Assembly: GCA_034530875.2 (NCBI GenBank)
Contig: JAVRCJ020000009.1
Span: forward strand, 160,001-224,000
From: Nostoc sp. DedSLP01
GTDB taxonomy: Bacteria; Cyanobacteriota; Cyanobacteriia; Cyanobacteriales; Nostocaceae
Direction: 5' to 3'
DNA: 64,000 nucleotides
The first letter of the stretch is position 1. Each line of letters starts with the position of its first letter. The notes beneath the pieces were generated by a model that was not told the origin of the DNA, did no database searches, and saw nothing but the letters and a program-made list of their open reading frames with translations. This document shows positions 31,747 through 40,906 of this stretch, piece by piece. Made by a program: the position numbers and the translations under genes.

Positions 31747-33573
31747 TCAACATTTCTTCCCTGTAGAGGGATTTACGAAATCATGTAAATTTTCATCCCA
31801 AATACTAATGTAAATAAAATCACATTCTTGGCGGATAATTTGACCTTTAACAGAGCCATTCTGAAAACTAAAATGATCGGACTGACCCTGTTGTACTTGT
31901 TTAAGCCCCTGCTTTATATCTTCAGTGGCTTGACCATTTAAGAGTCCGTTTAAAGTCGTCTGCATTATCTGTGGGTCTACCGATTGGTTAAAAGATACCT
32001 CAGTTTGACGGAGCACTTGAGAATTGCGATCGAATAAGTAGCCAAGGTCAATTTTGTTTGGTACAAGTTTGTAAACCACAGCACGAGTATTACCCCACGC
32101 ACCTCTTAAATCTTGGTTTGGTTTGCCGAGGGTAGCTTCTACAACGTTTCTAGACGTACCTGTGGGAAATGCAGGAACGCTTTGTCTGCTGGCAGTGGCA
32201 GCTAATTTACTCAGTGGTTTTCTCTGTGGCGTGGAACGCACTTCTGGTGTGGCAACCACGTTGGGATTTTCTGGTTCTAACTGTGGTGTTGATGTTGCCA
32301 CGGGTGCGGGAGGATCTACAGTTTCAGGTTGGTTTTCAGGTTGGGGTGTGGATACAACTGGAGGATTAAAAGTTGGCAAAGGATCGGGAGTGACTTGTTC
32401 CTGTGGTGGTGAGGTGGGTACAACAGGGACTACAGAAGGTTCGGAAGAAACTGGCGAATTGGTAGGTGTAGGAGTAGGCAAAGATGTTGGTGATGGAGTG
32501 GGAGTTGTGGCAATGTTGATCTGCGACTCTTGTTGACGAATCATGCCAGAAAGGGCGAATGCAGCAATTAAGCCGCCTAACACTAAACTACCAGCGATCG
32601 CAGCAGGTTTTTGCCAGTTTCCAGCGGTAGAAGATGCATTAATAACTGGAGTTTTTTGGGGGGGAGATAATGCCTGGGTTTGCTGGGTGATATTGGGAGA
32701 TAAGTTTACTGTGTTCCCAGTTGTTGGCGATCGCGGGGTGATATAACTAGAAAATTCCAAGGCATCTAGCATTTTACTAGCTGTACTGTAGCGATCGCCT
32801 GCATGAGGTTTAATTGCCTGATTCAGTACCACAGCTAATTGTGGAGAGACATGAGGAATATGTTGCTGCCAAAGGATTTCGCCTGTTTGTAAATCGGTTA
32901 GTATTTCTTGCGGGTGTTTGCCAGTCAGCAGATAAATTGCCGTCAAGCCTAAACTGTAGATATCAGTCGCGTAAACTGGGCGTCCAACGGCTTGTTCGCT
33001 AGGCATATATCCGGGCGTACCGATGACGAGCGATCGCGTGGGGTATCCTGGAGTAGTCACAACAGAACGAATTGTTTCTTTAACTGCACCAAAATCAATC
33101 AAAACTGGCTTGCCATCAACATTACGGATAATGATGTTCTCAGGCTTGATATCTCGGTGAATTATTCCTTTGCTGTGGACATAATCCAAAACTGATAGCA
33201 GACTCAAGACGATTTCTCGAACAGTAGTTTCACTCTGGTATCCTTTGGTTTCAACAATTTTTGTCAAAGTTTGACCGTGAATCCATTCTTGGACGAGGTA
33301 AAATTGCCCGTTCTCAGAAAAATAGGCGTAGAGTTTGGGAATTTGGTTACAACTTTCACCCAAATATTCCAAAGTCGCTGCTTCTCTTTTGAAGCGTTCT
33401 TGGATTATTTGGTAGGTTTTCGGGTCATTATTGGTTATCGGTTTGAGTTGCTTAATTACACAGCGACGGCGAGAAGGCATGTGGGTATCTTCTGCGAGGA
33501 AGGTTTCACCAAACCCACCAGCACCGATTACTTCGATAACTTGATAGCGATTGTTTAGCAGCGTTATTGTCAT
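31747..33573 (-). CDS. Hanks-type Ser/Thr protein kinase with TM, Pro-rich linker and extracytoplasmic domain
   Basis: GAGGFG, VIKQL, HRDIKPEN, DFG, GTPGY; TM segment AIAGSLVLGGLIAAFAL. Confidence 0.95.
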   Translation of the reverse strand: MTITLLNNRYQVIEVIGAGGFGETFLAEDTHMPSRRRCVIKQLKPITNNDPKTYQIIQERFKREAATLEYLGESCNQIPKLYAYFSENGQFYLVQEWIHGQTLTKIVETKGYQSETTVREIVLSLLSVLDYVHSKGIIHRDIKPENIIIRNVDGKPVLIDFGAVKETIRSVVTTPGYPTRSLVIGTPGYMPSEQAVGRPVYATDIYSLGLTAIYLLTGKHPQEILTDLQTGEILWQQHIPHVSPQLAVVLNQAIKPHAGDRYSTASKMLDALEFSSYITPRSPTTGNTVNLSPNITQQTQALSPPQKTPVINASSTAGNWQKPAAIAGSLVLGGLIAAFALSGMIRQQESQINIATTPTPSPTSLPTPTPTNSPVSSEPSVVPVVPTSPPQEQVTPDPLPTFNPPVVSTPQPENQPETVDPPAPVATSTPQLEPENPNVVATPEVRSTPQRKPLSKLAATASRQSVPAFPTGTSRNVVEATLGKPNQDLRGAWGNTRAVVYKLVPNKIDLGYLFDRNSQVLRQTEVSFNQSVDPQIMQTTLNGLLNGQATEDIKQGLKQVQQGQSDHFSFQNGSVKGQIIRQECDFIYISIWDENLHDFVNPSTGKKC

Positions 33574-33719
33574 GCAAGATTACAAAAAGACAAGCAAAGG
33601 CTTGTCGTCAGACATTGCCCTTTATAAATGTACATCAGATACTTTGACGAGATAGAGATAGGTTATATCCCATTGATTGCAGATTTTTTGATACTGACAT
33701 TTTGCGGTTGCGGAAATAT

Positions 33720-35315
33720 TTACTTGGCGCCAGTTATAACCCATCTGCTATTTCCCTCATCCCATAAAAGTGAAAAACGCACAGAACTAGGTGCTTGTTT
33801 GCCATTTTTGAGGAAGTATGTCAATTGGGCATCAACTGTAGCCGTTTGTGAATTAGCTTCTACTAAATTCACTTGCTGAACATCTACACTTTGCACTTGT
33901 CCTCCCCACCAATCAATATAGGAGAGATAGCCCTTGGGGTGAAGACGTTGATTATTTTGATAGCTAGGAGATAAGAGATTCCACGCCTCTTGATATTCGC
34001 CATCATTAATAGTTTCATAATAATCTTCCACTGCTTCTTCTGCTGAGGGTCGATTAATTTGCTGTTGGGCAGATGGGGTAGTTTGTTGCACAACTGGAGA
34101 ATCTACAGGCTGTTGAACTGATGGGGTAGTTTGTTGCACAACTGGAGAATCTACAGGCTGTTGAGAACTTATCGATGATGGGGCGCTTTTTGTCTCATTA
34201 TTGTTTGTTGAAAGTCCACTTGATGAGACTGTAGACTCCGTTGCTGGTTGATTTGGTCTATTGAGGGCAAAACCAATAACTATAGAAGTGCCAATTAAAC
34301 CACCAGCAATTAAACTGCCGAGAAGTACTCCCTTCTGCCCGCTATTTTGATTGGGAGGTTGGCTAGAAGAACTTGGACTAACAGCAACGGTATTTTGTAG
34401 CGGTACAGGAGGCTGTACGTTAAATGCTGGAGGTTGATTGTAAGGTATTGTTGGTGGTACTGGGGGTTGATTGTAAGGTACTGTTGGAGGAATTGACCCA
34501 AATTGCAAGGCGTCTAGCATTTCTCTGGCTGTGGCAAAGCGATCGCGTGGATGATAAGCGATCGCTCGATCTATCACTCCTGCTAATGTAGGACTAACAT
34601 TCAAAGCATCTCTGTGCCAAATAATTTCTCCAGTACGGGAATCTGTTTCTAATTCTTGTGGCTGTTTTCCCGTAAGCAGATAAATCGCTGTCATTCCCAA
34701 ACTATATAAGTCACTCGAATAAACTGGTCTACCTACGGCTTGTTCGCTTGGCATATATCCCGGCGTACCAATCACAATCGAACTTGTAGGTAATCCTTGG
34801 GAATTCACCACTGTTCCCATTGATTCGCGCACAGCACCGAAATCAATCAGCACTGCTTTCCCATCCCGATGGCGCAAAATGATGTTATCTGGCTTGATAT
34901 CTCGATGGATAATCCGCTGATTGTGTACTTGCTCTAGTACTGATAATAAATTTATTAATATTTCTCTGACGGCGCTTTCACTTAATAAGCCTTGTTGCTG
35001 GACTTTCGCTGTTAAGGTATCGCCTTCTATCCACTCTTGAACTAAGTAAAATTGCCCATCTGATTGGAAGTAAGCATATAAGCTGGGAATTTGGTTACTA
35101 GTACCACCTAAGTCTTCTAAAATTGCTGCTTCCCGCTGAAATCTTTCTTGCACTAGCTGATAAATTTGCGGGTTATTTTGAATTGGTCTTAGCTGTTTAA
35201 TTACACAACGGCGGTGAGAAGGCATTTGGGTATCTTCTGCAAGGAAGGTTTCACCAAACCCACCGCTTCCTAAAGTCCGAATAACTTGATAGCGGTTGTT
35301 TAGCAGTGTTTCCAT
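33720..35315 (-). CDS. Hanks-type Ser/Thr protein kinase with TM and NTF2-like extracytoplasmic domain
   Basis: GSGGFG, HRDIKPDN, DFG, GTPGY; TM; C-terminal AEEAVEDYYETINDGEYQEAWNLLS. Confidence 0.95.
   Translation of the reverse strand: METLLNNRYQVIRTLGSGGFGETFLAEDTQMPSHRRCVIKQLRPIQNNPQIYQLVQERFQREAAILEDLGGTSNQIPSLYAYFQSDGQFYLVQEWIEGDTLTAKVQQQGLLSESAVREILINLLSVLEQVHNQRIIHRDIKPDNIILRHRDGKAVLIDFGAVRESMGTVVNSQGLPTSSIVIGTPGYMPSEQAVGRPVYSSDLYSLGMTAIYLLTGKQPQELETDSRTGEIIWHRDALNVSPTLAGVIDRAIAYHPRDRFATAREMLDALQFGSIPPTVPYNQPPVPPTIPYNQPPAFNVQPPVPLQNTVAVSPSSSSQPPNQNSGQKGVLLGSLIAGGLIGTSIVIGFALNRPNQPATESTVSSSGLSTNNNETKSAPSSISSQQPVDSPVVQQTTPSVQQPVDSPVVQQTTPSAQQQINRPSAEEAVEDYYETINDGEYQEAWNLLSPSYQNNQRLHPKGYLSYIDWWGGQVQSVDVQQVNLVEANSQTATVDAQLTYFLKNGKQAPSSVRFSLLWDEGNSRWVITGAK
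34072..34164. repeat. 48-bp in-frame tandem duplication (QQPVDSPVVQQTTPS x2)
   Basis: 45 nt are identical between the two units; period 48. Confidence 0.9.
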
Positions 35316-35445
35316 AAATTGGTACTGGTAATTATACGGCTGTTTTCTGGTATCGTTGTATCTACTTTAGTTTGTATCTAACTTTTTTTATTAGTAGTAA
35401 CATAAACTTTACTGAATCTAATAATCATGAGACACTAGTAAGGAT

Positions 35446-35492
35446 AAAAAAATAGCGCTACCTACTCAAAAAATGGGAAGCGCTATTTTTTT
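35446..35492. terminator. Bidirectional intrinsic terminator
   Basis: A7-TAGCGCT...AGCGCTA-T7 hairpin downstream of the 55-aa ORF. Confidence 0.7.
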
Positions 35493-35557
35493 AGTGAATT
35501 TATCAGATGCGATCGCCACACCAATCTCTAGTAACAAATCGCTGCCAAAATATTTCT

Positions 35558-35725
35558 CTACTGACGGTCTTCTCGCTCCTGAGGTTTGGATCTTTGTTGA
35601 TATTGGTTAACTTGTTGGTCAACAGTTTCTTTAATTTTTCGCTCAGTAGCGTCCATTGCAGAATATTTAAAGCGGTTGAATATGCTACTGAATAAGTTAC
35701 TAAAAAATCTCTCAATTTCTTGCAT
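35558..35725 (-). CDS. 55-aa small protein
   Basis: MQEIERFFSNLFSSIFNRFKYSAMDATERKIKETVDQQVNQYQQRSKPQEREDRQ; GAGG upstream and its own terminator. Confidence 0.6.
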   Translation of the reverse strand: MQEIERFFSNLFSSIFNRFKYSAMDATERKIKETVDQQVNQYQQRSKPQEREDRQ

Positions 35726-35765
35726 GATTCTATACCTCAATATTTAAAGCTAAATTATTGACTTG

Positions 35766-35912
35766 ATATAGTCATCCGTTTTGATTTTTGAATTTATTTG
35801 TGTAATTAAATAATAGAGACGAGATTAATCGCCTCTGTACAGGAATAGGGAGTAGGAACCAGTATTTTAAGTTGAGAGTGAGTTTTTCAAAAATCAAATA
35901 AGAGTCCTATAT
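35766..35912 (+). mobile_element. MITE-like element family C, copy 2
   Basis: TIRs ATATAG..TTTGATTTTTGAA / TTCAAAAATCAAAT..CTATAT; internal blocks shared with 29363-29494. Confidence 0.75.
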
Positions 35913-36064
35913 TTGGTTTTGCACTTTCTGGTGGAAATTAGAAAAACCCTAACCTGTATTTTTTGAAGTATCTGTTAGTCGCCTGGCGTTTATGGATATA
36001 TATTGAAACACCTTAGACGTCAATCTATTGTAATCTGCCTAAAGTAATAAATTTGACTTGATAA

Positions 36065-36111
36065 TAATTCGTAATGGGCTACGCCCCGCTACGCTAACGT
36101 AATTCGTAATT
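36065..36111. repeat. TAATTCG STRR array interrupted by a 22-nt SDR-like insert GGGCTACGCCCCGCTACGCTAA
   Basis: Insert at 36076-36097 is flanked by CGTAAT on both sides. Confidence 0.7.
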
Positions 36112-36126
36112 AAAGGTAGAAAAAAT

Positions 36127-36909
36127 TTACTCAATACTATCTGGATCTACATTAAGCGATCGCAGCTTTGCCTTTAACTGTTCTATTTCTGATTGTGCTT
36201 GTTCGGCGCGTTGGCGTTCTTGTTCGGCACGTTGGCTTTCCTGTTCAGCGCGTATGCGTTCTTGTTCGGCGCGTATGCGTTCTTGTTCGGCGCGTTCTTC
36301 TGCCTGCTGCCTTGCTAAAACTTCCTGGCGTAAAGCTTCTATCAATTCATCGGCGATTAATAATTTTTCGCCTGTATCCTCTCGATAAAACGCAATTAGT
36401 TTTCCTTCAATTACCAAACGCAGTTGTAGCGGTTCGCTGCGTCCATCTTCTATAGCTTCGTAGATATCTCCCCGCAACCGATAGCCACGTAGCCGTTGTT
36501 CTACCCATTCGCCTTTTGGGTCAAAGAGCCAGTATTCTTTAACACCAAGCTGTTCATACAGAGTTTTTTTGAAGATTTCGTCGTTTCCTTTAGTACCAAA
36601 GGATGTCATTTCAAAAATCACTGTTGGTACTTGACCTTCTTCCCAAATTTTATAGTTGTCTCGACCGCCGGGTGCAACATCAAAAATTACCATTACATCT
36701 GGGGCTACTCGTAACTTGGGAAAACCCTGTGCATAGTAAAGAAATTGATTTGCCAATACTGTTGCCTGACGATCTGCCAAATACTGTTTGAGTACTTCTA
36801 AGGTAGTTAATAATGCGTAAAGGTGGTCGTAGGTTTCTGCCACTGGTTGACCATCAGCACTAGGATAGAAGATTTCTGATTCGACACTAACAGGTAGAAT
36901 AGCTGTCAT
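36127..36909 (-). CDS. Uma2/DUF820 family putative endonuclease with coiled-coil tail
   Basis: YPSADGQPVAET, VAPDVMV, FEMTS, GVKEYWLFDP; RAEQERI heptad (21-bp) repeats. Confidence 0.9.
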   Translation of the reverse strand: MTAILPVSVESEIFYPSADGQPVAETYDHLYALLTTLEVLKQYLADRQATVLANQFLYYAQGFPKLRVAPDVMVIFDVAPGGRDNYKIWEEGQVPTVIFEMTSFGTKGNDEIFKKTLYEQLGVKEYWLFDPKGEWVEQRLRGYRLRGDIYEAIEDGRSEPLQLRLVIEGKLIAFYREDTGEKLLIADELIEALRQEVLARQQAEERAEQERIRAEQERIRAEQESQRAEQERQRAEQAQSEIEQLKAKLRSLNVDPDSIE

Positions 36910-36974
36910 GGTTGTAAAATCAGTGCTACAAGATTATTTTAGAGCAAGTCTGATTCTTCCTAAGAGCTGATTCG

Positions 36975-37748
36975 TCAGCTTTGCAAAATGTAACTACATA
37001 ACTCACAAAATCCGTCAGCTTCGGCAGCAGTAGTAATATAAGCAGGCTGATGTTGCAATTTGTCTATATATTCCAGCACGTTTGCCACGCCTACAGAAAC
37101 AGGAAAATAATGGCGATCGAATAAACTTTCATCATTGGGACTATCGCCTACAGTGACAATTTGTTCTGGTGAATAATCGGGAAAGTATTCGCGCAATACC
37201 TGCAATAATCCCACAGCTTTATCTTGTCCTTGGGGTTTAATATGACACTGGACGTTACTGTAAGTAAATCCCCAACCCATTTCTTGACAAAGACGATCTA
37301 GGGTTTGTAGTTCATCTTGACTCAAAGCCGCGACATCAAAAGTCCAATCGCTGATGCGAAAGCGATTATCAACAGATTCTTGAATTTGAAGAAATTGAGT
37401 TTGTAACTTTTCAAAAGTTATAGCCAACTGCTGGCGATGCTTCGCTAAATCGGGAATGGGTGTTAAGACTATTGGTTTGTGGTTCCCAGGTGGAAAGTAC
37501 AAACCGCCATTTTCTGCCATAGCACCTGCCACTGGCATCATTGCACTCAATGCACTCACCCAGCCAGCAGAACGTCCCGTGACAATCAGTACCTTAATGT
37601 TAGTTGTTGCCAAATCCTCTAAAGCTTGTAGCAATGCAGGAGTAAATTTGCCTCGTCTAGTCATAGTGCCATCCATATCTGTGGCAACGAGACGAATTTT
37701 GCTGAAGGTAGTTTGGCTTAGATGTTTTGGCATATTGGTGTTGGGCAT
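36975..37748 (-). CDS. HAD-superfamily subfamily IIB hydrolase
   Basis: ATDMDGT, VTGR, DKAVG, VGDSPND. Confidence 0.9.
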   Translation of the reverse strand: MPNTNMPKHLSQTTFSKIRLVATDMDGTMTRRGKFTPALLQALEDLATTNIKVLIVTGRSAGWVSALSAMMPVAGAMAENGGLYFPPGNHKPIVLTPIPDLAKHRQQLAITFEKLQTQFLQIQESVDNRFRISDWTFDVAALSQDELQTLDRLCQEMGWGFTYSNVQCHIKPQGQDKAVGLLQVLREYFPDYSPEQIVTVGDSPNDESLFDRHYFPVSVGVANVLEYIDKLQHQPAYITTAAEADGFCELCSYILQS

Positions 37749-37880
37749 GGGGCTAATGAATGGGGTATTGGGATTGGGGTAAGGGGGAAACGAGAAAGAT
37801 TAAATTTATTCCTTTTCCCTTTAACCTTTTCCCCAGCCTCCCCTGCCCCTCATCTCCCCATCTCCCCATCTCCCCATCTC
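37747..37880 (+). repeat. Composite STRR-derived dispersed repeat family B, copy 1
   Basis: Starts with a 44-nt block identical to the reverse complement of 45104-45147 and stays similar for ~130 nt. Confidence 0.85.
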
Positions 37881-38002
37881 TCTACTCCCCAGTCACCAGT
37901 CCCTAACTACTTAGTAAAAAATATTATTAATGATACAGCAAGATGGCCTGAGAAATTTGGGAATCCTAAACATTAGAAGTTAACTTTTTCAGTTTTGCAA
38001 CC

Positions 38003-38806
38003 ATGTCTACTTCGATGTTTCTTGCCCAATCCTCCGGGCCAAAAACTAAAAAGGTATCTCAGGAAGCGCGAGCAAGTAATCCTCAAACACCACCATTGTT
38101 GGTGATAACCTCTGGAGGGTTGGCTTTAGCTGTGATTGCTGCGATCGTGTATAGTAAGCTCCAGATTAATAAACTGGAGAAAAAACTTAAGTTTGAACAA
38201 TTCCGCGGGCGAGAATTAGAAAAAAAATTCAAACTAGCCCTGGAAACAATTCGCAAGATGGAAACTAATCCCGATTTGGTCAACTCACGGGATTTTAACC
38301 TCGATTATCTAAGAATGCGGATGTCAGAGGAGGTGTTTCACTTTGCAATTCTTAATCAAGTGAAAATTAAGGTCAAAGATAAAATTTCTCAAGCTCTACG
38401 TCCAAGTCAAGCCCAACAAGGAGCAGTTGGAATTGCTAACAGTGCCGGTCGCCAGGTAGATGAAATTTTTGATGTGGAGTATGAAACTGGTAATCCACCG
38501 AACTCTGCCAAGCGCGTACTGTTTCGCATTCAAGTGCGGTTAATGAAGTTACCAACGCAAGCAACTTCTGCAACTATTAGCCAAATTATTGATTGTATAG
38601 AAACTTATTTAAGTCCTATGGACGATGAAGATAGTTGGCAACCAACAATTCAAGGTCGGATTGCTACTATGCATTGGGATCAAAAGGCTAAACCTACACC
38701 TTTATTGGTACTGGAGCAGTCGAATGAAGGCGTGAATGTGACATTTCGCACTAGTCGCCAGCCAGTTGCCCCAACTCCACCTAATCAATCAAAAACGAAA
38801 AATTAA
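38003..38806 (+). CDS. Hypothetical single-TM coiled-coil membrane protein
   Basis: 267 aa; TM LLVITSGGLALAVIAAIVY followed by a coiled coil. Confidence 0.75.
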   Translation: MSTSMFLAQSSGPKTKKVSQEARASNPQTPPLLVITSGGLALAVIAAIVYSKLQINKLEKKLKFEQFRGRELEKKFKLALETIRKMETNPDLVNSRDFNLDYLRMRMSEEVFHFAILNQVKIKVKDKISQALRPSQAQQGAVGIANSAGRQVDEIFDVEYETGNPPNSAKRVLFRIQVRLMKLPTQATSATISQIIDCIETYLSPMDDEDSWQPTIQGRIATMHWDQKAKPTPLLVLEQSNEGVNVTFRTSRQPVAPTPPNQSKTKN

Positions 38807-38890
38807 GGCTTGGCGAAACAATAACTATGTTAGTCATTAGTCATTAGTCATTAGTCATTTGCAAAGAACAAATGACTAATGACACCAGAA

Positions 38891-39601
38891 TTATGACTGA
38901 ATTACTGTATTTGAAGAATTACGAGTTAACAGGCCATCTTCCATTTGTATGATGCGATCGGCGATGTCTAAAATGCGGTTGTCGTGTGTGACTAACAAGA
39001 TAGTTGTTCCCTGATTTTTAGCTAGGCTCTGCATTATTTCTACGACATCGCGTCCTGATTGTTTGTCTAATGCTGCTGTTGGTTCGTCTGCTAACACTAG
39101 GGGAGGATGATTGACTAAGGCGCGGGCGATCGCAATTCTTTGTTTTTGACCTCCAGAAAGATTATCTGGGTAATAATTAATTCTTTCTTCTAAACCAACA
39201 GCACGCAGCATCATTTCTGATTTGGCGATCGCTTCTGTTTGAGATATACCATCGTTTAATTCTACTGCCATCTGTACGTTTTGCTTGGCAGTCAAAAATC
39301 CCAGCAAATTGTGAGCTTGGAAAATATAACCGATGTTACGCCGCATTTGCACAAGTTTGTTCTGGCTGGCACCAAAGATTTCTTCGCCTAAAAATTTTAA
39401 ACTTCCCTCTTGTACAGACCGTAAACCACCAATCAAGCTCAGTAATGTGGTTTTACCTGAACCTGATGGCCCGGTCATAATTACAATTTCACCAGGATTA
39501 ATTTCTAGGTTGATATCAAATAAAATTTGTTTTCTCAGGGCGCCTTTGCCATAATAATGATTCAGGTTTTTAATGGCAATTACAGGTTCTTGTCTCTTCA
39601 T
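38891..39601 (-). CDS. devA: DevA ABC ATPase of the heterocyst glycolipid exporter
   Basis: GPSGSGKT, LSGGQKQR, ADEPTAALD, VTHD; downstream of devB and devC. Confidence 0.9.
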   Translation of the reverse strand: MKRQEPVIAIKNLNHYYGKGALRKQILFDINLEINPGEIVIMTGPSGSGKTTLLSLIGGLRSVQEGSLKFLGEEIFGASQNKLVQMRRNIGYIFQAHNLLGFLTAKQNVQMAVELNDGISQTEAIAKSEMMLRAVGLEERINYYPDNLSGGQKQRIAIARALVNHPPLVLADEPTAALDKQSGRDVVEIMQSLAKNQGTTILLVTHDNRILDIADRIIQMEDGLLTRNSSNTVIQS

Positions 39602-39727
39602 AAATTTTTTAGCTATGATTTAGCAGTTCCGAGACGGAACTGTATTGATTGCCAGAGATTGAAATTACTTAATTATTAATTATAATTTGCAGATAATTAT
39701 CATAATTAATAATTAATATTCAATTAA

Positions 39728-40882
39728 TTAAAAGATATCTGCTGGGTCGGCAGAACGTAATTTTCTAACTGCGATCGCACCGGAAACAAAGCACATTATT
39801 ATAGTTAAAATCAATACAGTTGTAGCGCGATCGAAACTCATAAATACTGGTAAAAGTGTTGCGTTTCTTGCAGTTTGATACATAAATAAAGCGCAAGTTA
39901 TTCCGGGCAAATATCCTAAAACTGCTAGCATTAAAGCCTCTTGTAAAATAACTGTCAATAAATAGTTATGTGTATAGCCTATAGCTTTGAGAGTGGCGTA
40001 CTCAGATAGGTGATCTGAAACTTCTGTATATAGAATTTGATAAACAATTACAGTTCCGACAATAAAGCCCATGATAGTCCCGAGGGTGAAAATAAAACCG
40101 ATAGCTGTGCTACTTGCCCAATAATTTCGCTCAAAATCAATAAATTCTTGTTTAGTTAAAATATTTATCTCTTTAGGTAAATATCTTTTTAAATCTTGCG
40201 CGACAGCATTAGCATTTGCTCCAGGTTTCAATTTAATTAACCCGATATCAATTAATCCCTTCTGACGAGTGTTAAATATCCGCAAAAAGTTAACGTCGCT
40301 AGTAATTAAGTTACCATCTGCACCAAATGATGCACCTAATGTAAATAGCCCTACAACTTTGGTTCGCCGTCTTCTGACTTCTGCTGTGACGGTCTTTCCT
40401 TGTTCGTAATCAGCAGCGATCGGCCCATACTCAACCCGAGAAGAACGGTCAAATAAAACTACATCTGGTAATTTAAGTTTCTCTAAATTTTCTTGAACTC
40501 CAGGTAAATTGAGCAGATTAGTTTCTGGATTCATACCAAATATCAGGATGCTACGAGGGCGACCTGTTACAGGATTTTTCCAAGTTGTATAATCTAGATA
40601 TATAGGATGTACTGATTGTACTGTTGGTAACTCTAAAGCTTTATATAATCGTCGTTGAGAAAAACTCCTCATAGCCAAAACAGCACTAGATTGGCTGTTA
40701 ATTAAAACGATGTCACCCTGCAAACTGCTATGAAATCGAACGTTACTATAATACAAAGCATCCCGAAATCCCAGTTGCATAAACATCAAAATATCAGCAA
40801 AAGCAATGCCTGCCAGAGCCACAGCTAGGCGAGTTTTTTCTCTGGTTAGTTGCAGCCATGACAGAGGTATTTTATTAGTCAT
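39728..40882 (-). CDS. devC: DevC ABC permease
   Basis: IPLSWLQL, FADILMFMQLGF, HLSEYATLKAIG, ADPADIF C-terminus. Confidence 0.93.
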   Translation of the reverse strand: MTNKIPLSWLQLTREKTRLAVALAGIAFADILMFMQLGFRDALYYSNVRFHSSLQGDIVLINSQSSAVLAMRSFSQRRLYKALELPTVQSVHPIYLDYTTWKNPVTGRPRSILIFGMNPETNLLNLPGVQENLEKLKLPDVVLFDRSSRVEYGPIAADYEQGKTVTAEVRRRRTKVVGLFTLGASFGADGNLITSDVNFLRIFNTRQKGLIDIGLIKLKPGANANAVAQDLKRYLPKEINILTKQEFIDFERNYWASSTAIGFIFTLGTIMGFIVGTVIVYQILYTEVSDHLSEYATLKAIGYTHNYLLTVILQEALMLAVLGYLPGITCALFMYQTARNATLLPVFMSFDRATTVLILTIIMCFVSGAIAVRKLRSADPADIF

Positions 40883-40906
40883 TATTAAAAGTTTGTTTCT
40901 GACGAC

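Noticed and set aside
37722..37976. Similar short ORFs at 37722-37976 (+) and 44927-45160 (-)
   Set aside because: They are translations of repeat family B; low complexity and overlapping real genes.
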